Assembly (NCBI GenBank): GCA_035505975.1
Contig: DATJQJ010000021.1
Coordinates: 1-35,418, forward strand
Length of the DNA: 35,418 bases
DNA from: Methanoregulaceae archaeon
GTDB lineage: Archaea > Halobacteriota > Methanomicrobia > Methanomicrobiales > Methanospirillaceae
Direction: 5' to 3'
The translations under genes and the position numbers were made by a program. Below the pieces are notes generated by a model. That model made no database searches and was not told the DNA's origin. It saw nothing but the letters and a program-made list of their open reading frames with translations. This document shows, in pieces, positions 8,410-16,298 of the stretch (its first letter is position 1; every line of letters starts with the position of its first letter).

Positions 8410-9351
8410 ATGAACCCCACAACTCCAATAATTACTTCAGGATCAGATATTTCCGGATTCTCCAGCCTCCCGGGTACGTTCTGGCGAGAACGATGGAAAG
8501 AGCAGCGGCTTGCCCTGCTCGAAACCCGGAAATCCGAAGGTACAAGTTTCTGGAACGATAAAAAATCTGTAAAAAATCATTTTATCCGGGATCTTGACGA
8601 ATGGAGGGACCATGCCGAAGCCCGGATTGCAGGCATGCAGATCAGGGACGGCTCGCGTGTGCTGGATATCGGCGCAGGTACCGGCACCTTAAGTGTCCCT
8701 CTCGCGGCACACGGGTGCGATGTGACCGCTGTCGAACCGTCGCCGGCGATGGGTGAAATACTAAAGGAATACCAGCAGGAACAAAAGGCCCGGGAAATTA
8801 CCGTGATCCCAAAACGGTGGGAAGATGTCACACTCGAGGAACTGGGGGAACCGTTCGATGCCGTCATCGCTTCCTATAGCCTCATGGTCACCGATATTGG
8901 CGAGGCAGTTGCAAAGATGCATCGTTCCTGCAGGGGAACCGCCCATATTTTCTGGTTCCTGACCCAGCCGTTATGGGCCCAGGTCAATGCCGGCGTCTGG
9001 AAGGAGTTGTACGGAACGGAATTCTGCGGCGAACCGACCGCCGATATCCTGTGGTCGGCACTGTATGAAATGGGGATCTACGCAAATCTTTTAGTTGAAC
9101 CCGGTTGCGATCCGATGATATATCCATTAGTTGAAGATGCCGTGAAGGAGTTTCACGGTCGCATGAACTGCACGACTGATGGGCAGGACGCGATACTCAG
9201 GGACTATTTCACGAGGACCCTTGCAAAGTCCGATAAAGGATATTACGTGAACGGGCAGGCGCTCGGGGCCCATATATGGTGGAATGCCGGTGAGCAGCAG
9301 GGATTCAAGTTCAACGATACATCCGTGGAGTCTACGATAGTCACCGAGTGA
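8410..9351 (+). CDS. Class I SAM-dependent methyltransferase, paralogue 2 (MT2).
   Basis: It shows 'VLDIGAGTGTLSVPL...VTAVEPSPAM', 'KRWEDV', 'AVIASYSLMV', 'TAHIFWF', 'EMGIYANLLVE' and 'AHIWW'. The ATG at 8410 (Met39 of track ORF 8296..9351) lies 50 nt after the flotillin stop and aligns with the N-termini of MT1 and MT3. Confidence 0.85.
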   Translation: MNPTTPIITSGSDISGFSSLPGTFWRERWKEQRLALLETRKSEGTSFWNDKKSVKNHFIRDLDEWRDHAEARIAGMQIRDGSRVLDIGAGTGTLSVPLAAHGCDVTAVEPSPAMGEILKEYQQEQKAREITVIPKRWEDVTLEELGEPFDAVIASYSLMVTDIGEAVAKMHRSCRGTAHIFWFLTQPLWAQVNAGVWKELYGTEFCGEPTADILWSALYEMGIYANLLVEPGCDPMIYPLVEDAVKEFHGRMNCTTDGQDAILRDYFTRTLAKSDKGYYVNGQALGAHIWWNAGEQQGFKFNDTSVESTIVTE

Positions 9352-10245
9352 TTCTTTCAACAAGCTGGCTATCATTTTGAGATCTTTACGGGATACTTTC
9401 TTCAATACAGCCCTGATGAGATGGACGTGGCACATTTGCCGGGAGGAACCATGGAATGAGCGTTCTACGGCTTTCCGGATACCTTTGTGACCATCTGAAA
9501 CAACCATATTGACATCGCGAAGCCCGCGATCTTTCAGGCCTTGAACAGGTCCTCCCAGGTTAGCTCATCCTCACAATCTGCGATCCTGGCACCAAGAATC
9601 TCTCATATTCCATCTTCCCGAACTCCGGCACTTACAAGCAGAGCTGTGTTAGAATACTTTATTCCATCCCTTATTTTGAAATATGACACATTTAAAAAAG
9701 AGATAAGGAATGTGAGATTCAATAGGTCTGGAGAGAAATTCAATAACCTTAGAATCCAGTTCTTTAGCAACGCTGGAAACAAATAAGGCTGATATCTTCT
9801 CAATACCGAGATGCGAGATTACATCCTCAATCTTCCTCGTTGAGATTCCCTGTAGGTACGATTCAATGATGGCATTCTCAAGTGCCTTTTCGATCCGTGA
9901 GTATCTTTCAAAAATCCGTGTCTTGAAGGAGATATCCCGCAATAATGGGTTTCAAGGTTTAATGGGCCATATCGCGATTTCAGAGTACGGCATCTGGTAT
10001 CATTGCGATACTTCCGTCTTGTCCCGGTCCTTTCATATTTAGCTGCCCCGACCTGTTCCAAGGCTTCTTTCTGCATCACCTCGTTCAAAAACCAGGTGAT
10101 CAGATTCTTCATTCCATCTTCATTATCGGTAAGGTAATGTGCTACCAGGTCTTTACTATTCATGCCCTGTTCCTTCCTTTTTCTGCAATCTAAGGTGGAT
10201 ACAGGGCGTCTTCAATTTTACAGCTTTATACGCACACTACCTTCA
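9336..10245 (-). mobile_element. IS256-family (Mutator-type) transposase remnant: at least two frameshifts, and the 3' end is truncated at the MT2 stop codon.
   Basis: Three minus-strand ORFs in different frames match successive segments of an IS256 transposase. 10163..9819 carries 'LNEVMQKEALEQVGAAKYERTGTRRKYRNDTRCRTLKSRYGPLNLE'. 9942..9649 carries 'FERYSRIEKALENAIIESYLQGISTRKIEDVISHLGIEKISALFVSSVAKELD...YLFFKCVIF'. 9507..~9336 carries 'VVSDGHKGIRKAVERSF...CHVHLIRAVLKKVSRKD'. Roughly 110 C-terminal aa are missing. Confidence 0.75.
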
Positions 10246-10269
10246 AAAAAAAAAAAAAAAAAAAAAAAA
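10245..10269. repeat. Homopolymeric poly(A) tract, about 25 nt.
   Basis: Read directly: 'cttc' + A(25) + 'tttgacatc'. It is flanked by ~250 nt of very AT-rich sequence at the upstream boundary of the IS remnant. Confidence 0.9.
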
Positions 10270-10434
10270 TTTGACATCTATATTATCAATTATTATTGTT
10301 TAATTTTTTCAATTATCAACTGAAAGTAATATATTCAATGAGATCATAATTATGTGTGCACCTTCGGAATCACACCTTCCGGAGTGCTCATGAATCGGCA
10401 AAAGTCAACATAGGAAGTTATTCATAAAGCATTT

Positions 10435-10530
10435 TTCAAACCAGGGACATTCTCTGGTTTGAATTTATCATTAGCCGAATTTGCACAAATATTATATAGC
10501 CTGATTACTCATTAGCGGTTGGTGAAAACA
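10435..10530 (+). promoter_or_regulatory. Putative promoter and operator of the mop gene: a perfect 10-bp inverted repeat upstream of a TATA-like box.
   Basis: The inverted repeat is TTCAAACCAG-N9-CTGGTTTGAA at about 10435-10463. 'AAATATTATATA' lies at about 10488-10499, ~32 nt upstream of the ATG at 10531. GGTGA lies 5-9 nt before the ATG. Confidence 0.3.
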
Positions 10531-10740
10531 ATGGAGATTAGTGCACGAAACAAGATCAAGGGAACCGTCAAGATGATCAAGAAAGGTCCGGTCAGCACGG
10601 AGGTAGTCATTACCATAGCGGGCGGGAATGAGATCGTCTCATCCATAACGACCTACTCGGCAGAGAAAATGAAATTGAAGGAGGGTTCGCCCGTGTATGC
10701 GGTGATGAAGGCCTCCGAGGTAATGGTCGGGATTGACTGA
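10531..10740 (+). CDS. mop: Mop/TOBE-domain molybdate- or tungstate-binding protein (molbindin).
   Basis: At 69 aa, 'MEISARNKIKGTVKMIKKGPVSTEVVITIAGGNEIVSSITTYSAEKMKLKEGSPVYAVMKASEVMV' matches the mono-Mop TOBE pattern (SARN.L.G.V.....G....V.......I.S.IT..S...L.L..G..V.A.IKA..VM). Confidence 0.8.
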   Translation: MEISARNKIKGTVKMIKKGPVSTEVVITIAGGNEIVSSITTYSAEKMKLKEGSPVYAVMKASEVMVGID

Positions 10741-10776
10741 CCTGAATTTCCCCTATTTTCAAAAAGAGGATTTAAA

Positions 10777-11061
10777 TCAGAACCGTGTCGTCAGCAGGGC
10801 CTCGAGGTATTCAAGGGGATATGACCCGGCTTCGGGATCGTACCATACCTCGACTTCAGGGTCATTGACAATGAAATGGATCTCAAGGATCCCGAATTTA
10901 TGGATAATATTAATCAGGCCCGATTCGGTCTCCCTGACATACAGGTCCTGGTCGCCCAGAAACGCCTTGATATCGTCGTCCGTAACAGGGCGGGAAAGAC
11001 GATATATCCGGCGTTTCCAGCCGGGATACGGTGAAACCGGGTTTCGGAACAGGGTGTTCAT
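10777..11061 (-). CDS. Hypothetical protein, 13 nt downstream of the FmdE-like gene on the same strand.
   Basis: It has an ATG at 11061 (Met8 of the track ORF). Its acidic C-terminal half is 'EIHFIVNDPEVEVWYDPEAGSYPLEYLEALL'. I recognise no family. Its operon position supports it being real. Confidence 0.4.
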   Translation of the reverse strand: MNTLFRNPVSPYPGWKRRIYRLSRPVTDDDIKAFLGDQDLYVRETESGLINIIHKFGILEIHFIVNDPEVEVWYDPEAGSYPLEYLEALLTTRF

Positions 11062-11074
11062 AATCCAGATAATG

Positions 11075-11638
11075 TTACACACTCACAATCTTATAATACG
11101 AACCATTTGCACAATTTTTACACTTCACACTACCCTCCCTGCTGACTTCACGATGATCGAGAATCTGTTCACCGCAGACACTGCAAATTTCCTTATGCAG
11201 GGGAAAACCGGGAATATCATCCTCCGATAGATCGACCGTCACATTTTCAATTTTGAGTATTTCGTCCTCGGGTATACCAGACAGGAGGGCCAAAACTTCA
11301 CTCCTGTCCAGTTTATCGTGCTCCTCACGGTTTTTCTCATGGATCGATACCCGTACTGCCTTCCGTGTTTCCAAATCCAAAAATGTAGCGGCAAATTTCC
11401 CGTAATCCCTGAACTTGAGGGTTCTGTGGCCAAGCGAGCACCCGGTAATTGCCTGAACAGCATCCGTCCCGCAGCGATCGATTTCAAGATATACGACAAG
11501 GTTGTTGTTGTGGACATGTGGGTTCATTCCCAGTTCCCGGAGGCCTGCAATTGTCATCCGGGTCCCAAGAACGATCCCCGGACAGACATGCCCATGGAAT
11601 TCCCTTGCCTTATTAAAGAGAACACTATAATCGCTCAT
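11075..11638 (-). CDS. FmdE-family protein (formylmethanofuran dehydrogenase subunit E-like domain) with a C-terminal zinc-ribbon.
   Basis: It carries the FmdE signature 'FHGHVCPGIVLGTRM'. The C-terminus 'CSVCGEQI...CKNC' is a CxxC...CxxC ribbon. Its ATG at 11638 overlaps the stop of MT3 (ATGA). Confidence 0.8.
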   Translation of the reverse strand: MSDYSVLFNKAREFHGHVCPGIVLGTRMTIAGLRELGMNPHVHNNNLVVYLEIDRCGTDAVQAITGCSLGHRTLKFRDYGKFAATFLDLETRKAVRVSIHEKNREEHDKLDRSEVLALLSGIPEDEILKIENVTVDLSEDDIPGFPLHKEICSVCGEQILDHREVSREGSVKCKNCANGSYYKIVSV

Positions 11639-12504
11639 TCCTGGTTCACCCCCGGAATCCCCTGATGTTTCGTTGTCCACCAGATATGTGCCCCGAGGAC
11701 TTCATCTCCAAGCACCAGCCCGTCACCCTCCTGTCTCAACATCGCATGGAGGTAATTTTTCACCGTTGTTTCCTGCAGAGGAGTAGTGCAGTTCAAACGC
11801 TGGATATACTCAGACATGGCATCATCGAACGTAGGGTAGAATGTGCGTGAGGATTTGGTTTCCACCTCAAGGTTTGCATAAATTCCCATCTCGATGAGCA
11901 CCTGCCAGAGCCAGTCAGCCAGGGGTTCTCCCGGGAACTCCCCGCCATGCAGCAGGGGCCATAAATCCATGTTCACCTTCGCCCAAGTCGGTGGAGTAAG
12001 GAACCAGAATAGGTGTATGCTCCCCCTGCAAAAGGTCTCCATCTTCGCTATCGCCTCTGCGATGTCCATCATGGTCAACGAGTAGGACGCTATAACGGTA
12101 TCATAGTGCTCGTCCCCCAGTTCTTCCGGTTTCACGTCCTCCCATCGTTTTGGAATTACGGTAATACCAGCGATATTTTCCTTCGCTATCCGTTCATTAA
12201 GCGCCTCCCTCATCACGGGTGAAGGTTCAACTACTGTAACCTGACATCCTTTCAGTGCAAGCGGGATTGCGAATGTCCCTGGTCCTGCACCGATGTCGAG
12301 GACAAGGGAATGTTCCGGAACATCCATCGTATCAAGACGCGCCTCCCACTGGTGCCGGTTATTCTCTCTTCCCTTCATGAAAACATTCTGGACATGTTTT
12401 TTATTGTTCCAGAACTCTTTTGAATTGCCATAGTTTGGGACGGCACAATGGGCGAGTTTCAGTTGCCGCCATTGTTCCCGCCACGATCCCGCTGTGGGTC
12501 TCAT
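11635..12504 (-). CDS. Class I SAM-dependent methyltransferase, paralogue 3 (MT3).
   Basis: It shows 'VLDIGAGPGTFAIPL...VTVVEPSPVM', 'KRWEDV', 'TVIASYSLTM', 'SIHLFWF', 'EMGIYANLEVE' and 'AHIWW'. The ATG at 12504 is preceded by a very AT-rich promoter region at 12505-12700. Confidence 0.85.
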   Translation of the reverse strand: MRPTAGSWREQWRQLKLAHCAVPNYGNSKEFWNNKKHVQNVFMKGRENNRHQWEARLDTMDVPEHSLVLDIGAGPGTFAIPLALKGCQVTVVEPSPVMREALNERIAKENIAGITVIPKRWEDVKPEELGDEHYDTVIASYSLTMMDIAEAIAKMETFCRGSIHLFWFLTPPTWAKVNMDLWPLLHGGEFPGEPLADWLWQVLIEMGIYANLEVETKSSRTFYPTFDDAMSEYIQRLNCTTPLQETTVKNYLHAMLRQEGDGLVLGDEVLGAHIWWTTKHQGIPGVNQE

Positions 12505-12706
12505 GAAATAATCAATTCTCCTTTTTCGGGCATTTTATAATAATTCCCATAATTGTTCATTAATTTATGTTTATTTTTTCAGAGAATTAATAATTATTAA
12601 AAATACAGATTATCTTGGGCACCGGCAACCACCTGGTGATAAGACTTACCTTTGTCGGGTCGATTAATCTCGTCAGAAAATTTAACGAATTTTCCACATA
12701 CAAGGA

Positions 12707-12934
12707 GTGAATAGGAAAATGAACATGGTTTGGGACAAAAAAAAAAGTCATGGTATCCGCCGTCTCGGGTACGACATGGGTACCCATACAATGACGATCG
12801 AATTCACCGGGAAACCAAGAATATCACATTCGCCGGTACCGTACGCTGTATATGAATCGATCAATAACTCCACATTCCCCGAGAAACTCTACCGGAGAAT
12901 TATCCTTGGAAAAATTCCGATAGTTGCCCGTTAG
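12707..12934 (+). CDS. KTSC-domain protein.
   Basis: 'IRRLGYDMGTHTMTIEFTGKPRISHSPVPYAVYESINNS' fits the KTSC pattern (S..i..igYD.....L.veF.sG..Y.Y..VP..vy..l). The start is ambiguous between 12707, 12719 and 12725. Confidence 0.55.
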   Translation: MNRKMNMVWDKKKSHGIRRLGYDMGTHTMTIEFTGKPRISHSPVPYAVYESINNSTFPEKLYRRIILGKIPIVAR

Positions 12935-13007
12935 ATTGTGAAATATACCGATAAACGGGCCGGTTCTCACCGTCAGATCCATCCCGGCCTGTTTATTTTT
13001 CGCACCA

Positions 13008-13727
13008 GTGATTCAGGACAAACACTTCATCGAAACGAGCAATACCGTGATAATCCGAAACCATGTTAGTCTGGCATTGGGTAGCGTGCTTATCTTGTAT
13101 TTTCCGCTGATCGCGACAGACCCTGAAATTTTGATTGCGATCGCGGCAGGTACATTTGTCGGGGTGGTCCTTCCGGATATTCATATAAAAAACCACTCCG
13201 GGATAAAGAACTCTTTTTTCCATGGTTTATCGTTCTGATATTCAAAAAAACATTATTACAGCGGTATCTCTGGATATACCGGAAATTATCTTTCAGCAAC
13301 TTTGGAACCGAAGATAAACGACTGACACTCGTTGCCCGGCCTGTTTTTCATCGCGCTGGTATCAGGTTGTCTTGTCTGTCTTACGATCTGGGTATTTCCC
13401 TTCAGCCAGGGAACGTATCCCCTGGAAATTTTGCTTTCCGGGATCGTCATCGGTTTCATCCAGCATTTCATCGAGGACAGTTGCACAAAAAAAGGTGTAA
13501 TGCCCCTCTTTCCACGTAACGACAAATTTCGGATATCGGGGAGCATCAGGCCTTGCGAAAGAAGCGATCGCCGTATCCTCTATTTCCATGCCTATCTCAT
13601 TGGTACCGTTGTGCTTCTGTTCCTGCTCTATTATACCGGGGCGTGCCCCGGCTACCTCGAATGGCCGGTGAGCATCGTGGCCCTGGCGATCTGCATCATC
13701 GCAATGATGTATCCGATGTCAGGATAA
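13008..13727 (+). pseudogene. DUF457/YdjM-like membrane-bound metal-dependent hydrolase, interrupted by in-frame stop codons.
   Basis: Two ORFs share one frame. 13008..13238 carries 'VLPDIHIKNHSG'. 13332..13727 carries 'HSLPGLFF...IGFIQHFIEDSCTKKGVMPLFP'. Together these give the DUF457 order LPDIDH...THSL...H..D..T..G.P..WP. In-frame TGA stops sit at about 13236 and 13326. The second piece has only a TTG start. Confidence 0.4.
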
Positions 13728-14372
13728 CCAGGAGCGCGGGTCGTTTCGGTTCGTGATGCCTTATCTCAAACAGATGCAGCCAGGTCGGGATGAAAACGTT
13801 CAGCATTTTTCTTTTTCGTAAGCCAGACCAGCTCCCTGTCCGAAAAACCAAATGCTTTCGTGGTGAGAATCCTGATACCGTCCGGGGCGCACGATACGTC
13901 TGAGGTTTGGGGAACGAGCATGTACCGGGTGATTTTTTATGGTTCCCTGATTGTGCCGAGATTAGGCCGGCAATGCAACGGTCGGACGGTTTTTGATCAT
14001 AGGAAACCGCTACTATCGCCGATTGCTGTTGACCGTGATCTCCGCGTGTAACCCTGAAAATAAGGTTGCCCCATGTATCCTTGCTGGGACTTTCCATTTT
14101 CCACCCATCGAACCGGTAAATCCGGCGGACAGGGTTTCCGGATGAGGGAATTTCTCGCTGATGATTTAACCTGCCTGATGAAGGATATCCTGATTTCCGG
14201 GACTTATATCGAATTTTCAGCTGGCAGGCTTTGATGACCTGGTACCTCGTACTAACCTGAAACGATAAACTGTTCAAAACCCATTACGAGTAATTTTAAG
14301 ATTATGGAGTGTTCTGAAATTCTTCTCCGGGAAATAACATCGGAGATTCAAAAAGGAAAAATATCAGCCCGC

Positions 14373-15341
14373 TCAAGCCGCCGATGGTGATGTAATATTC
14401 CCGGAATCTGTTATGGCAAGATCTACCGGCAATGCCCCTGCGCGCAGGTGAATTTCAAGGTTGGTCGCCTCGTCCTCCCCGATGTTACCTGTTCCCGTCG
14501 AAGCATAGAGTCGATTGATGGTCTTATTCTGGAGTTCTCCTGCAAGAGCCACTGAAAGGGGAGCGGAGTATACGGTATTGTTGTCAAGGAGCATGATCAC
14601 GAAATGCTTCGGAGGTTCTGCTATTGCACCATATTTGATCATAGCAGTCCGGAATGCTTCGGCACCGCTTTCACTTAAATTAAACGCCACACCCCAGTTA
14701 TCGCTACCCGGAGGCTGCTCACTGGGAATTTGGACACTGGTGATTTCGTCTTGAGACAGGACGTGCTCGGTCTGGTTACCATTTGTCTTAATACGAATCT
14801 CGAACTTTCCCTGTTTTCCAACAATTTCCTGTGCCTGTTTCATATCGACACCGGGTAGCTCAACCTGGATATATTGGGTAATATTGTTTGTGCTGGTAAG
14901 GAGTCCAACCTTCGCATCCCTGGAACCAAGGATTTCAATCTTGTTTTCAAGGATGTACTTTACCAGATCTGCAGTAGAATTTGAAATGCCTGATTCATAT
15001 GAGGTTATCTTCCCTCCCTCACGTTCAAAGGCCGGTTCAAGTTCAGCCTGTGAATAGTATTTCCGGATCTCGAGCTGACCGGGATAAGCGGGTCCTGCCA
15101 TTACGACTTCGGCATTAAGTTGTTTTGAAAGATTTGTGATAAACGCATCTGCCTGTTGATCGGTAGTAAACCCAACTACCTCGGCGCGGGGTTCCAGTTC
15201 AAGCCATGACCCTTGTTTTGGGGGTGTTGGTACAGGGGTCACCGTTGATTCCAGGGAAGGCGATTGGGATTGGCTTATGCAACCACAAAAGAGGCAGGTC
15301 CCGGCCACTAAGAGGATAAGAAAGATTATTTCTTTTTTCAT
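14373..15341 (-). CDS. Secreted or lipid-anchored protein of unknown function (signal peptide followed by Cys).
   Basis: The ATG at 15341 gives 'MKKEIIFLILLVAGTCLFCGCISQSQSP'. A Pro/Thr-rich linker follows, then a soluble domain. Confidence 0.55.
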   Translation of the reverse strand: MKKEIIFLILLVAGTCLFCGCISQSQSPSLESTVTPVPTPPKQGSWLELEPRAEVVGFTTDQQADAFITNLSKQLNAEVVMAGPAYPGQLEIRKYYSQAELEPAFEREGGKITSYESGISNSTADLVKYILENKIEILGSRDAKVGLLTSTNNITQYIQVELPGVDMKQAQEIVGKQGKFEIRIKTNGNQTEHVLSQDEITSVQIPSEQPPGSDNWGVAFNLSESGAEAFRTAMIKYGAIAEPPKHFVIMLLDNNTVYSAPLSVALAGELQNKTINRLYASTGTGNIGEDEATNLEIHLRAGALPVDLAITDSGNITSPSAA

Positions 15342-15551
15342 GAATGTTGAATAAGGTTTCAATGTATTATTAATTTCATTGAATTATTTAACAAAAATAA
15401 TAAACCGAGCGATCATGGATCCGGACCTGGAACTTGCAGGTACACCTCGCAGTGGTATGATCAGGACAGAGTACATTACGTGGATAAAAAACCCATATCT
15501 ATCCGATTAAACAGGCAATAATCCATATGGAGGTGAATAACGATTCCGACA

Positions 15552-16223
15552 ATGATAAAGGGAATAATTTTCGATATGGACAATACCCTCTTCGATCTCG
15601 TCGCCGCAAAAAATGAGGCCTGCCGGTCGGTTGTCAGGCATTTCGGGAGGGATGACTGGGAAGATCTCTTCGACTATTTCACGAGGCCGCAATACGGGTT
15701 CGAGGACTGGCGCAATATCCGGGACTATCTCGTAGACCGGAATATCTTCGCCCCGTCAGAATACCACCTGTCATGCAGTATGTATGAGACCGTAAAACTA
15801 GAGGCGATACGGCCGTACCCTGGAATTTCAGAGATAATCAGAACCCTGAAGTCGATGGAAATACCCCTCGCACTGGTGACCGATGCCGATATGGGACATG
15901 CCAGGAGTCGCCTCGGGGTTTCCGGTTTATCAGGGTCCTTTTGCCACACGGTTACGTATGAAATGACCGGCCGGAAGAAACCGGACCATGCCCCTTTTCT
16001 CATGGCCCTGGAAAAACTCGGGTTACCGGCATGCGAGACGGTCATGGTCGGCGACAGCCCGGTAAGAGACCTCGCCCCGGCAAGGGAGATCGGGATGCAG
16101 ACGGTCTATGCCCGGTACGGTGACCGGATGGCCGGGACAAGGGGTGAAGTTACCGGGCACGATTGTGCCGGTGACCCGGCAGAACTCGCAGCCCTGCTCC
16201 TGCCCCTGATCGGTTCCGGTTGA
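15552..16223 (+). CDS. HAD-superfamily hydrolase (subfamily IA-like).
   Basis: It has motif I 'IIFDMDNTLFD'. 'LALVTDAD' fits motif II, 'GRKKPDHAPF' motif III and 'MVGDSPVRD' motif IV. Confidence 0.8.
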   Translation: MIKGIIFDMDNTLFDLVAAKNEACRSVVRHFGRDDWEDLFDYFTRPQYGFEDWRNIRDYLVDRNIFAPSEYHLSCSMYETVKLEAIRPYPGISEIIRTLKSMEIPLALVTDADMGHARSRLGVSGLSGSFCHTVTYEMTGRKKPDHAPFLMALEKLGLPACETVMVGDSPVRDLAPAREIGMQTVYARYGDRMAGTRGEVTGHDCAGDPAELAALLLPLIGSG

Positions 16224-16298
16224 GGAAATTAACTATCCGGTTACAGCGATTCTGGAGGTCCTGATGAGCTCCCGACATGACCCCGCCGCTACACCATG

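Noticed and set aside
9541-9803. Two short ORFs (81 and 66 aa) within the IS remnant
   Set aside because: They lie in the wrong frame or strand relative to the clear transposase homology segments.
13696-14277. 193-aa minus-strand ORF
   Set aside because: It is low-complexity and Arg/Ser/Pro/Gly-biased ('SGYPSSGRLNHQREIPSSGNPVRR...'). It has no family resemblance, no ribosome-binding site, and overlaps the end of the DUF457 remnant. It is treated as a spurious GC-rich-frame ORF. The region is flagged instead as a possible ncRNA or decayed gene.
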